From the IMG/VR virus record IMGVR_UViG_3300042013_000067, positions 1 through 64,000 of that record: a stretch of DNA of 64,000 nt; one strand, written 5' to 3'. The translations under genes were made by a program, and so were the position numbers. The notes under the pieces were generated by a model. That model saw nothing but the letters and a program-made list of their open reading frames with translations. It made no database searches and was not told where the DNA came from. Shown here piece by piece: positions 18,297 to 27,425 of this stretch; positions within the stretch are counted from its first letter, which is position 1, and every line of letters starts with the position of its first letter. This DNA comes from a virus. Taxonomy: Duplodnaviria > Caudoviricetes.

Positions 18297-18795
18297 GACT
18301 ACCCGTACTACCCCGTTCCGTGCTCACGTAATGGTTGATACCACTTTCGTCATGGAACAATTCAAACCGATTATGTTGTACATGGAAGCATTGGTTTCTA
18401 ATGCCGATTCCGCTGCTTACCGTACTTTCGATACAGACGCGATGTTTATGCGGTTGTTTGAGGCGGCTAATCACTACCTGTGCTTTGAGTTAGGTCGCAA
18501 GCGTGGCAACATTGGCTTCGACTTCTACATCAATGAGTACTTTGGTGAATTCGCTAAGTACATGAATACTAACGTAGAATTCCTAAAAACAGGAGGTATC
18601 TACTTTGCAAACGCGGTGGGGTATTTGACCCGTTGTCTCGACTTAGCTCGACAGCGTGCCGAAGAGGTAGGAGCAGTCGTGACGGACGTAGAGTCTACGC
18701 CGCATAATGGATGGGCGTTGTTCTCCTACACGGTGATCGGATCGTTCGCGAATCACCTCTACGATTTCGTCCCCACACCCAGCGTCAACTATTAA
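18289..18795 (+). CDS. hypothetical protein, array member 5
   Basis: 168 aa, overlaps upstream stop. Confidence 0.65.
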   Translation: MNETTRTTPFRAHVMVDTTFVMEQFKPIMLYMEALVSNADSAAYRTFDTDAMFMRLFEAANHYLCFELGRKRGNIGFDFYINEYFGEFAKYMNTNVEFLKTGGIYFANAVGYLTRCLDLARQRAEEVGAVVTDVESTPHNGWALFSYTVIGSFANHLYDFVPTPSVNY

Positions 18796-18890
18796 AGTGT
18801 ATGAATTGTTTGTAACTACACCTAACCAACTTCGAACAGGCGCTAACGAATCACACCTCGGGGTAGCCATGGTCGTCTAGGAGTCTCACC

Positions 18891-19256
18891 ATGAACATCG
18901 CTATTAACTTTTATAGCGAGACCTACCGGCGGTTCGTCCACGACCGGCTGGAATCGATTTTCGAGGACACTGCTGCCGATTACGACGGTATCCGTATCCT
19001 ACAAGACATTGCCCATGACATGACGATCCGGTTCTTCGATTACCTGATGCCTAACAACATCACCCTCGAAGAACTGGTGGACGATGAAGACGCGGTGTTG
19101 GCGTTATTGGCCAGCCTGATGCTCTACATCAGAAAGATCTACCCTGGGGTGGTTGTTATAGGCTTCTACCCACTGGATCTGAAAGGACATGTCATCGCAG
19201 TGATTCAGTCGCCTGCCACCGAAGTGTTTCAGGTGTCTTCCATCACCCATTTTTAG
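18891..19256 (+). CDS. hypothetical protein, array member 6
   Basis: 121 aa, AGGAG RBS. Confidence 0.65.
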   Translation: MNIAINFYSETYRRFVHDRLESIFEDTAADYDGIRILQDIAHDMTIRFFDYLMPNNITLEELVDDEDAVLALLASLMLYIRKIYPGVVVIGFYPLDLKGHVIAVIQSPATEVFQVSSITHF

Positions 19257-19266
19257 GACGTGAAGC

Positions 19267-19680
19267 ATGACCAGCATCAGTCAAATCGAAATCGGTCAAC
19301 GGTTCTCCTTCGAGGTTTATCCGTCGGCCATCCTTGGTAATAACTTCAAGGACGTCACACTGGAAGGCACGCTTAGCCCAGACATGGCTCGTGCCTTCGG
19401 TATGGACATCAACAGCATGCACGCTAACGTGTATCGCACGTTGCCCACAACCGTACCCAACGATCCGGTAAAGTACAACTACATTCGCGTACGGCACCAG
19501 AACGGCCAGCTGAGCATCATCGGTATTCCGTACATCCGTCCGGAGTCTATCGTGATCTCTACCCACGGCGTGCTCGACCTGCGCTTCGACAACGTGACCC
19601 AAGCCGACCAAGAGCGGATCATCCTCACGCTTTCAGCGAATGGCTATAAGCCAACTATCAACCTCCTCACGCAACAATAA
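19267..19680 (+). CDS. conserved Chimalliviridae protein upstream of DNA polymerase (phiKZ gp49-like position)
   Basis: 137 aa, AGGA RBS; synteny. Confidence 0.65.
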   Translation: MTSISQIEIGQRFSFEVYPSAILGNNFKDVTLEGTLSPDMARAFGMDINSMHANVYRTLPTTVPNDPVKYNYIRVRHQNGQLSIIGIPYIRPESIVISTHGVLDLRFDNVTQADQERIILTLSANGYKPTINLLTQQ

Positions 19681-19735
19681 TACACAGTCCCCTAATGAAA
19701 TGTCATGGGGCTGACCCATGGTATTCTCCAAATTT

Positions 19736-19765
19736 GGCTCCTCCGCAAGGGGGAGTCTTTTATTT
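19736..19765 (+). terminator. intrinsic terminator
   Basis: GGCTCCTCC-GCAA-GGGGGAGTC-TTTTATTT. Confidence 0.65.
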
Positions 19766-19775
19766 AGGACCGCTC

Positions 19776-21947
19776 ATGGGTATTCGTAATGCTTTCGTTC
19801 TCCCGGACTCAGATTACATCCGGGATCTGAATATCATCGACGGCACGATCGACGATAATGCACGCTATCTATCGTTGATGACACAAGACCCGTATGAGGA
19901 ATGTCGCGAGTTCGTACGCGAGCAGTTGACTCCGGGTGGCGAATTCGCACTGCGTAATCCCAAGGCTCTGATTCTCGATAAGAATCCGAACGGGGATCGC
20001 AAAGCTGTGACTGGTACAGTCATGGGTTTCATCAAACGGGTTGAGAAAGAAGGCCTCCTCCTGTCGCCGTCGATGACGGCTTATATGCCCGAATCCGAAC
20101 GTCAATCGACACATGCGCTCTACATCGAAGAAGGCGTAAAGAACCGTTCTGTAGTAAAGCATGAGATGATGGACTCGGAACGGGCCGCTGAGGCCGAGTC
20201 AGACACGCTAAAGAAAGGGGTTCACAAAGAACGTGCGTTGATGAAAAAGGGCGCACAAAACAACCTGAAGATCAACAATAACTCCTACTCAGGAGCTACC
20301 GTATCTGTTGCAACAATTCTGCACTACAAGTCGACACACTCCAGCTTGACCTCGACCTGCCGTAGCGCAACCTCTTATGCCAACGCCTCGAATGAAAAAT
20401 TCATTCAGGGTAACCGCCATTACTACACACCTGAGGTAGTCAAGGCAAACCTGATCAGTATCGTGAACTTGGCCCCACTGGCGACTGTGGATCAAGCCGT
20501 TAAGCACTATGGCTTGGTGTACCCATCGCCTGATCAGGTCATGGACATGATTCAAGAATCCAGCCGTCACTATTGGCAAGACTTGCCAGAGATGGCTCGT
20601 ATACGGATTCTCGTGACTAACATGACGCCGGTACAACGTGCAGCGGTGATGTACGTCGGCGACATGTATCACCTGTACCTGCTCAACAAAGACGCAATCC
20701 GTACCTTCCTGTTCCAGTTGGCTGCTGTGGGTAACCCTGCAACCGATATGCTGACCGAAGAAGAATACGGTGCCGTCGACGGCGACACCAAACTGTTGGC
20801 TACCTTTATCTGCTACCAAGAAGTCAGTGGTCGCAAGATGAAGGAACTCAAGACTGAATCGCTGGACGACTACAACAAGGTTATTGCCACAGCCGGTAAC
20901 GTGCTGAAGACCTTGGAACAGTATGAGCTGATGCTCAAGGCGTTCTTCCTGACGAAGTGCCTGCCATCCTCGATCCATGCCTTCCCATCGATTCGCCGTA
21001 AGGCTGTACCGATCTCCGACACAGACTCCACGATGTTCACCCTGATGTGGTGGGTTAAGGAACTGTTCGGTCATGAGGAAGCGTTCTCGCCTGCTGCACG
21101 TCGCCTAACCTTCGCCATGGTATTTATGGTGTCGGAAGTGGTGATGCACATCCTCGCCGTACTATCGCGCAACATGGGTGTATCGGACGCTAAACTGCGT
21201 CTACTGGCCATGAAGAACGAGTACTACTTTGAAGTGCTCAGTCTCACCGCGCGTTCCAAGCACTACTATGCGTCTCAGGACGCTCTGGAAGGTCTCATGT
21301 TCAGCAAAGCGAAGATGGAGGTGAAAGGGGTAGGGCTCAGGGACTCGAAGGTTCCACCGCGCATCCAAGCCGCAGCCAAGAAGATGATGGAACGCATCAT
21401 CAACACCATCAAGTCGGGACAACGGGTTAAGATCATTGACCTACTGACTGAAGTGGCTAACCTTGAACGCTCTATCATCAAGTCGCTGATGGATGGTAAG
21501 TTTGAATACTTGAGTACGGCTCAAGTCAAACCTGCCGACTCGTACAAGTCCGATGAGAACGCCACTTATAAACAGTATGCGCTCTGGACTGATGTATTCG
21601 CACCATCGTTTGGGGAAACCCAAGCCCCTCCATATCAAGCCGTGAAACTGAGTCTGTGTACTCACAACCGGACTGAGATGGAACTGTGGTGTGATCGGAT
21701 GAACAACCCTGCGCTGGCTGCTCGTCTGCGTGCTTGGATGATGCGGGAAGGTAAGCGTGATCTCAATACGCTGATCATCCCTGTAGCGGTGGTAGAGTCC
21801 TCAGGTATCCCACCTGAGATCACTTGCGCCATCGACACCCGTCGCGTTATCAGTAACGTCATGGGTGCCTTCTACATTATCCTTGAATCGCTGGGTATCA
21901 TGTTGGTTGAGAAGAACAATATCCGCTTGATCTCCGATTATTACTGA
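19776..21947 (+). CDS. split family-B DNA polymerase, fingers/palm/thumb subunit (phiKZ gp50-like)
   Basis: motif B KINNNSYSG, motif C ISDTDS, KGVGLR; AGGA RBS before ATG 19776. Confidence 0.85.
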   Translation: MGIRNAFVLPDSDYIRDLNIIDGTIDDNARYLSLMTQDPYEECREFVREQLTPGGEFALRNPKALILDKNPNGDRKAVTGTVMGFIKRVEKEGLLLSPSMTAYMPESERQSTHALYIEEGVKNRSVVKHEMMDSERAAEAESDTLKKGVHKERALMKKGAQNNLKINNNSYSGATVSVATILHYKSTHSSLTSTCRSATSYANASNEKFIQGNRHYYTPEVVKANLISIVNLAPLATVDQAVKHYGLVYPSPDQVMDMIQESSRHYWQDLPEMARIRILVTNMTPVQRAAVMYVGDMYHLYLLNKDAIRTFLFQLAAVGNPATDMLTEEEYGAVDGDTKLLATFICYQEVSGRKMKELKTESLDDYNKVIATAGNVLKTLEQYELMLKAFFLTKCLPSSIHAFPSIRRKAVPISDTDSTMFTLMWWVKELFGHEEAFSPAARRLTFAMVFMVSEVVMHILAVLSRNMGVSDAKLRLLAMKNEYYFEVLSLTARSKHYYASQDALEGLMFSKAKMEVKGVGLRDSKVPPRIQAAAKKMMERIINTIKSGQRVKIIDLLTEVANLERSIIKSLMDGKFEYLSTAQVKPADSYKSDENATYKQYALWTDVFAPSFGETQAPPYQAVKLSLCTHNRTEMELWCDRMNNPALAARLRAWMMREGKRDLNTLIIPVAVVESSGIPPEITCAIDTRRVISNVMGAFYIILESLGIMLVEKNNIRLISDYY

Positions 21948-21952
21948 TTGCT

Positions 21953-21994
21953 GCATACAGCCCTAGGGGGGTTTCCCCTAGGGTTTCTTTTATT
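21953..21994 (+). terminator. CATA-hairpin-T tract terminator
   Basis: GCATACA-GCCCTAGGGG-GGTT-TCCCCTAGGGT-TTCTTTT. Confidence 0.7.
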
Positions 21995-22015
21995 CCGTCT
22001 AGGAGACGTTGGTTC

Positions 22016-22387
22016 ATGCAATACCCACAAGTAGAAGAAAACGGTTTGATCAGAATGGCCGTAATGGAGTTTGCGCCATTGCTGCAACCACTGTTTGATC
22101 GCGTTGGCAAACGAGCATATGTCAGCGATAACGGTCGCCCCTACATGCACTACGAAAATTCGTGGTTTGGACAGGGGGTTTACTTGCGCGAGGGATGGGG
22201 TCGTCATTATGCGGTCATTGAACTCGATGATCACTTCCTGATTGTCTCCGAAGATCCAGCCGATGTGATCTGGCGTCAGGAGAAGTACGGTATGAAGCGC
22301 GCCTCGCCGTGGCATGCGCCAAACATGACATTTGCCGGACATGACTTGTTGGATGGCCTGAAGAAGCTCAATACCAAGTACCCTTAA
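22016..22387 (+). CDS. hypothetical protein
   Basis: 123 aa, AGGAG RBS. Confidence 0.6.
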   Translation: MQYPQVEENGLIRMAVMEFAPLLQPLFDRVGKRAYVSDNGRPYMHYENSWFGQGVYLREGWGRHYAVIELDDHFLIVSEDPADVIWRQEKYGMKRASPWHAPNMTFAGHDLLDGLKKLNTKYP

Positions 22388-22400
22388 AAGGAGTGTCGTA

Positions 22401-22835
22401 ATGAATGGTTTTCGTCGCGGTGAGTTAGCTGTAGTGAGCAGTATGGGGATGACCTCTCGTTGGTTCCACGGTATGTACCTTGACATCAAGCTACAGTACC
22501 ACCGGTTGCGTCGGGTGATGATTAGCGCCGATGGCGTTGAGCGGATCAAACTCCGCCAGTCGAGCTATTCGGGTACCTTCAACCCACCTGTTGTGCCTGG
22601 TTGGCCCGTCACGTATCAGGAGCTGATGGACTCCACCCGCCTGCTCCAGCCCCCGCCCGTCGTGGCACGCATTACCCCACTGATGTTCATTCGCCAGATG
22701 ATGGCCAGTGAAGTCATTCCCTACAATCCACGCTACCCCGGTAAATCGAAACGCATCCAAGATTACTTAGACATGACCAAAGAACAGGTGCTCGGCACGT
22801 TGCGTGTACCGGTTGCATCGTTCACCACCTTCTAA
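22401..22835 (+). CDS. hypothetical protein
   Basis: 144 aa, AAGGAG RBS. Confidence 0.6.
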   Translation: MNGFRRGELAVVSSMGMTSRWFHGMYLDIKLQYHRLRRVMISADGVERIKLRQSSYSGTFNPPVVPGWPVTYQELMDSTRLLQPPPVVARITPLMFIRQMMASEVIPYNPRYPGKSKRIQDYLDMTKEQVLGTLRVPVASFTTF

Positions 22836-22849
22836 CTACAGGAGTCCAC

Positions 22850-23602
22850 ATGGACAAGCCTACTCTTAATGACCTGAACGACATACCAAGCCGCAGCGAT
22901 ATAAAAGCAGTCTGGCCAGACCTTAAAAGCGGTCGTTCTAGTCCTATTATCGCCGGTGGTCATATCCCGCATTATCGCGAACATGTCCAATCGATCGCCA
23001 GTATGATGGGTCTACCCTTGCGCATGCAAATGCCAAAGCATACGGGATACCCTACGTTCTTGGAACGTATGGCTGTAGCTCGTGATCGGGTCAATGACTA
23101 TTTATCGTATCACATCGCTGATACGTACCTTCGCTTGGATGCACACCCTGCGGTGGAGGATGTCTACTTATTGCCCCGTGCTCCATTCACTCCATGTGTG
23201 AATGCGCTGCATTACCTAAAGCGACTGCACCGCTTGGATGACTTTATTGCCATGGGTAGGCGTAGTCGTACCAGCGGCAATTTCCCTGTCCCAGTGGGTC
23301 CGCGCATCATACCCAAGTGGCCACGGTCTTCGTTCGCACCACAATACCTTCGCTGTGAGTGGAAGCGGTATATGAACAGTCCTGAGTGGCTCACCCGACC
23401 ATATCAGGCCTACGCCTATTTCGACTCTCTGACCCCCATGACCGTCCCACAGCCTGTTGAGGCAATGCGCCTTAACCGGAAAATACGTGGGGCTCAGGAT
23501 GTCGGGTATCGTGGTCGACGGGAGAATCCAATCGTGGGCTGGCCATACTGGCTTGAAGCTGACGTCGATAAAGACATCGATCGTTGGGCGAACCGCCGCT
23601 GA
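22850..23602 (+). CDS. hypothetical protein
   Basis: 250 aa, AGGAG RBS. Confidence 0.6.
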   Translation: MDKPTLNDLNDIPSRSDIKAVWPDLKSGRSSPIIAGGHIPHYREHVQSIASMMGLPLRMQMPKHTGYPTFLERMAVARDRVNDYLSYHIADTYLRLDAHPAVEDVYLLPRAPFTPCVNALHYLKRLHRLDDFIAMGRRSRTSGNFPVPVGPRIIPKWPRSSFAPQYLRCEWKRYMNSPEWLTRPYQAYAYFDSLTPMTVPQPVEAMRLNRKIRGAQDVGYRGRRENPIVGWPYWLEADVDKDIDRWANRR

Positions 23603-23603
23603 C

Positions 23604-23641
23604 GGCATATAGCCCCTCCCGCGATGGGAGGGGCCTATGTC
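23604..23641. terminator. CATA-hairpin-TATG element between convergent genes
   Basis: GGCATATA-GCCCCTCCC-GCGAT-GGGAGGGGC-CTATGTC. Confidence 0.7.
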
Positions 23642-23957
23642 AGTCGATAACTGGGAGAGGTACCGTCTGGTTTGCCAGCTCATGCGTGCAATCGGACAGG
23701 AATTGAATCTGCCCGTCACGAATGAACGAATGACAACGTTTCTGGTCGTAGGCTTCACCGTTCCACCATGGAAACTCCACCAATAGGGAAGGACTAAACG
23801 TTGGGTTATTAACGTCGTTATTCCAACCCCATCCCGGATGGTGAATATTCCCCGGATGATTCAGATAAACAACGTGACCGATTTTACACCCCGGACAATC
23901 GAACGTTAGGGTGTAGTCGTTGTATTGGTGCAGGATCGGAGAAAGCACTATACTCAT
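23640..23957 (-). CDS. small Cys/His zinc-binding protein (DUF6527-like, from memory)
   Basis: CPGC..H, W.WN.D...PTFSPSLL, RCHSFIRDGQIQFLSDCTH. Confidence 0.55.
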   Translation of the reverse strand: MSIVLSPILHQYNDYTLTFDCPGCKIGHVVYLNHPGNIHHPGWGWNNDVNNPTFSPSLLVEFPWWNGEAYDQKRCHSFIRDGQIQFLSDCTHELANQTVPLPVID

Positions 23958-25033
23958 TTCAGCAGCTCCAATACCTGTTCTACCTGCGTACGGTAAAGCT
24001 TGGCGAGCTCAGGATCTCCCACTGTACCGACCGTGTTATCCCACTTGGCTTCCAGTAGGGCAATCTTGATCTTACCCAATGCCGCACGATCGATGTCTTG
24101 TGCACCACTTAATGCTTGGCTCACCAGATACTTTACGTAAGGCAATCGGGCGAGAATAATCGCCCACTCATTTTGCCGTGTTACAGGATCACGAGGAATA
24201 CCCGCCACATGGAACAGGTTATCGCCAGCGATTGCAGGCGTAGCCCACGCCAGTTGTTCGATGTCTTTATTACGCTGCTTGGAGGCTTCATTAACCACCG
24301 TACAGATACTGTTGACCCGCTGAGTCATGTCCGTCAGATAGAACGGATGTGGCACAGGGAAGCTTGGCGTACCGATGCCTTGTGCAGACCGTGCCAGTCT
24401 ATTAAAGAAGGCAATGTCCAAATAGCTGTCAATAGCATTCGGTAGTACGAACCCACCGATGAAACGATAGATGGTGTCCTTAGGCCCATCCTTCGGCGCA
24501 TGCATCTTAAGCCAATAACGATACATCACAGCGAGCATGGGTACGTTCAGTGTCGCGATGCCGTAACCTTTGCCTGGAGTGCTGTTGTTCATGATCGGTA
24601 GATTGATGTCTGTCCGACTGTGATACAGATAGCGCAGTGGCGTGAGCTCACGCCAGTTCTGCTTCAGGTCTGTGAGATCGAAAGACTCAGTGTTTGCAAT
24701 GATCACCTCGCTGGTGGCTTCACCCAATGTAACCCCACCGGTGAAACTCTTACCCCGACTGATCGAGGAGGTGAAACCAAAAGCTTTGATCAACGGATCG
24801 CTGGCGTCCTCTACCATAGCAGCAAAGCTACGGTCATCCATATCCATGCGCATGTGGATATGGAGCAGGATGTTACCGAGAACATTCTTACCATCGACGA
24901 ATTTGGGATTACGACGATAGTAGGACTTGACGTCCTCCAGCATTCCTTTATACATCCGCCGGACGTAGATCAAATCAGGGAATACATAGGCACTGGTCTT
25001 TCGGGACGGTACCCCTTTGAAGAGATCGTACAT
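23954..25033 (-). CDS. conserved Chimalliviridae virion structural protein (phiKZ gp52-like position)
   Basis: 359 aa; synteny between polymerase and chimallin. Confidence 0.6.
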   Translation of the reverse strand: MYDLFKGVPSRKTSAYVFPDLIYVRRMYKGMLEDVKSYYRRNPKFVDGKNVLGNILLHIHMRMDMDDRSFAAMVEDASDPLIKAFGFTSSISRGKSFTGGVTLGEATSEVIIANTESFDLTDLKQNWRELTPLRYLYHSRTDINLPIMNNSTPGKGYGIATLNVPMLAVMYRYWLKMHAPKDGPKDTIYRFIGGFVLPNAIDSYLDIAFFNRLARSAQGIGTPSFPVPHPFYLTDMTQRVNSICTVVNEASKQRNKDIEQLAWATPAIAGDNLFHVAGIPRDPVTRQNEWAIILARLPYVKYLVSQALSGAQDIDRAALGKIKIALLEAKWDNTVGTVGDPELAKLYRTQVEQVLELLK

Positions 25034-25064
25034 GACTAAATCCCAAATGAAAAAATATTAACCA

Positions 25065-25073
25065 CTATATCAT
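25065..25073 (+). promoter_or_regulatory. candidate early promoter
   Basis: AAAAAATATTAACCA-CTATATCAT. Confidence 0.6.
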
Positions 25074-25112
25074 CCATGTGATATTGAACCCATGTATGCT
25101 AAGGAGTTTGTT

Positions 25113-25265
25113 GTGAGTACCCTGTCTCTGGAAGAACGCGTAGCCATTGCTGCTGACAAAGGAGCGAACATCGCTACTGAAGATTGGACTGGTACGGAGG
25201 AAGGCGAAGCCGAACTCGGGTCGTTCCTCGACGCCCTCGACGTACCCCGTGAAAAAGAAGAATAA
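25113..25265 (+). CDS. 50-aa acidic peptide (not in ORF track)
   Basis: AAGGAG RBS + GTG 25113 (in-frame ATG 25092 also possible); MSTLSLEERV...PREKEE*. Confidence 0.65.
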   Translation: MSTLSLEERVAIAADKGANIATEDWTGTEEGEAELGSFLDALDVPREKEE

Positions 25266-25403
25266 AAGTTTTACACGCTGTAGTGTATAGTATGTGAACT
25301 AGCATATGGTTCATCGCACCCCTAGGTGTATGTCCCTATGCTGCCGTCTTTTCAGGTGTTTTTACCTACCCCACAGAAAAGTGGAATTAAAAATACCTTG
25401 AGC

Positions 25404-25412
25404 CTATATCAC
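25404..25412 (+). promoter_or_regulatory. candidate early promoter of chimallin
   Basis: CTATATCAC about 65 bp upstream of ATG. Confidence 0.7.
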
Positions 25413-25475
25413 TTGTATTGAATAACCGAGTCTATCGGTCTTCAACGTATATACCAACCAAAAGGAACAAACGCA

Positions 25476-27347
25476 ATGCCAATCATTGACGAAGAAAGCG
25501 GTAGCCAAGCTCAGCAACCAAACCAAGGCGCTGGCAACATGGGTACCAAAAACCCGTATGAGAACACCACCGCGAACGCCCAGCGCACCATGCAGCTCGG
25601 CGACGTCAACAGTGTGTTGGCTCGTGGCGGTAAGACCGACAACACCGAAGGCCGCTCTGGTGAGCTGCTGACCGCACTGACCGCCGCTGGCAAAGCCGCC
25701 GTGGCTTCGCAAAACCTGTCGCCTGACTACGACCTGATCCGCTTTGACCGCGATCAGCACCGTGTAGGCGTCGGCGCTATCCTGGTACTGCGTTCGTTCC
25801 GTAAAGGTGCGGAAACCTACATTGCTGTTCGTCCGCTGCTGGTCGACAACAAGCAGGTTTCGCTGAAACCACGCATCCTGAACATCGGCAACGAGCGCAT
25901 CGAGATCCCGACCTACGTCGCCGACACTCTGTCCGACGAATACTGGGCTCGCGTGGTTCGCCATGTTCAAGAGCACGTGGCCAACCCGAACGCGGTCGTC
26001 GCGAACGCCGGCTATCTGGAAGTGCCTGCTGACTTCGACGTCAGCGAAAAGAACACCGCTGACGTCACCAAGCTGCTGACCACTTCGGTCAACCGCTGCG
26101 ACGACGTGCTGGCTCGTGTTAACGGTGAAACTCCGTTCAACATCAGCTCCTTCAAGGCGCAGAACGAAGTTCTCACCGCCAAGCTGGATCTGTCCGGTAC
26201 TCCACGTTACGACCTGTTCGGCCAACCGATCCGTTCGGACATTACTGTCCTGATGAATCGTTCGATCAAGGGCAACAGCGACGCCGATCCGTTCTACGAC
26301 GCAGACACCCAGTTCTCTTCGGTGTCCTGCTACGTGAACCTGGAATACGCACCACCAGTGCAGCCACAGGGCTACGCGCCACAAGCCATCATGGAAACCC
26401 AGCTGTTCACCCCGACCATCGTCATCACTGACGTGCGTCAGGCGCCGTGGGTTGCGGCCAACACTCCTGAGCTGTACTTCCTGGCTCTGTCGAACGCCTA
26501 CCGCGTTACCGCTGGTACCGCCTGGGCTGGCAGCTTGCTGCCTGACGTAGCCAAGAAGGAAGATCCGCGCGACATCGGCGCGCTGACCTACCTGACCAAG
26601 GATGCGAAGAAGACCAAGACCAAGTCCGATACTTTCACCCCAGCTCACTTCGGTGAACTGATGTATCTCCTGGTCCGTCCGAACCCAACCTTCCTGATCG
26701 ACGTCAACCCAGTCGGCGAAAACGCCGCCATCGAAAACGTGCTGGTAATGGCGGCTTCCGATGGTCCACAGCGCGAGAAGGCTGTTGGGATGCTGGTCAA
26801 TGCTCTGAACAACCTGACTTCGGGTCAGTTCAGCCAGCAGTTCGACCACACCAAGCACCACATGATCCGCATGTACGGCACCGACGTGCACCGCGGCTAC
26901 TACCTGGACGAGCGCGAAGATCGTCACGATCTGCGCGATCTGGGTACCCTGGAAGCGCTGAACGCATCGGGTGGCAACATCCAAGAGTTCATCGCCTACT
27001 ACCGCACCATGTGCGACACCACCATCAACCCGGAAATCCGTCTGAAGCAGCGCGCTGGTTACGAGCGTCAGTACCTCAGCCAGAACCTGGTTATCAACGG
27101 CAAGTACCACCGTCTGGTATGGACTCCTGAGTTCATCGTGGCGCTGGACAATGCTGTGAAGGCGGCTGGTGTTTCTGTGGACGTGGAAAACGTGAGCACC
27201 GTTTACGGCACTCAGCGCTTCACCGGCAACACCGCTGTTACTCAGTTTGCTGTTTCGCAGCAAGCGACGTACGGCATGGGCGGCGCAGTGGGTGGCAACA
27301 CCTACGGTCTGCCTGGTGGCACCGGCGCTGGTACCATGACGTACTAA
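25476..27347 (+). CDS. chmA: chimallin, phage nuclear shell protein
   Basis: LIRFDRDQH, AVRPLL, SVNRCDD, VITDVR..ANTPELY.LALSNA, DIGAL match recalled 201phi2-1 gp105; 623 aa; upstream of RNAP beta' gene. Confidence 0.92.
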   Translation: MPIIDEESGSQAQQPNQGAGNMGTKNPYENTTANAQRTMQLGDVNSVLARGGKTDNTEGRSGELLTALTAAGKAAVASQNLSPDYDLIRFDRDQHRVGVGAILVLRSFRKGAETYIAVRPLLVDNKQVSLKPRILNIGNERIEIPTYVADTLSDEYWARVVRHVQEHVANPNAVVANAGYLEVPADFDVSEKNTADVTKLLTTSVNRCDDVLARVNGETPFNISSFKAQNEVLTAKLDLSGTPRYDLFGQPIRSDITVLMNRSIKGNSDADPFYDADTQFSSVSCYVNLEYAPPVQPQGYAPQAIMETQLFTPTIVITDVRQAPWVAANTPELYFLALSNAYRVTAGTAWAGSLLPDVAKKEDPRDIGALTYLTKDAKKTKTKSDTFTPAHFGELMYLLVRPNPTFLIDVNPVGENAAIENVLVMAASDGPQREKAVGMLVNALNNLTSGQFSQQFDHTKHHMIRMYGTDVHRGYYLDEREDRHDLRDLGTLEALNASGGNIQEFIAYYRTMCDTTINPEIRLKQRAGYERQYLSQNLVINGKYHRLVWTPEFIVALDNAVKAAGVSVDVENVSTVYGTQRFTGNTAVTQFAVSQQATYGMGGAVGGNTYGLPGGTGAGTMTY

Positions 27348-27364
27348 GTACCGACCTGCGGTAA

Positions 27365-27398
27365 AGAGGGGCCCTTCGGGGCTCCTCTCTCTTTTTTT
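27365..27398 (+). terminator. intrinsic terminator after chmA
   Basis: AGAGGGGCCC-TTCG-GGGCTCCTCT + T tract. Confidence 0.8.
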
Positions 27399-27425
27399 GC
27401 CCTCCCACACGGAAAGGACAGAAGT

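Noticed and set aside
19695-21947. Intein or intron in DNA polymerase, and the longer start at 19695
   Set aside because: No intein termini or size excess seen; 19695-19775 overlaps a terminator and a better RBS precedes ATG 19776
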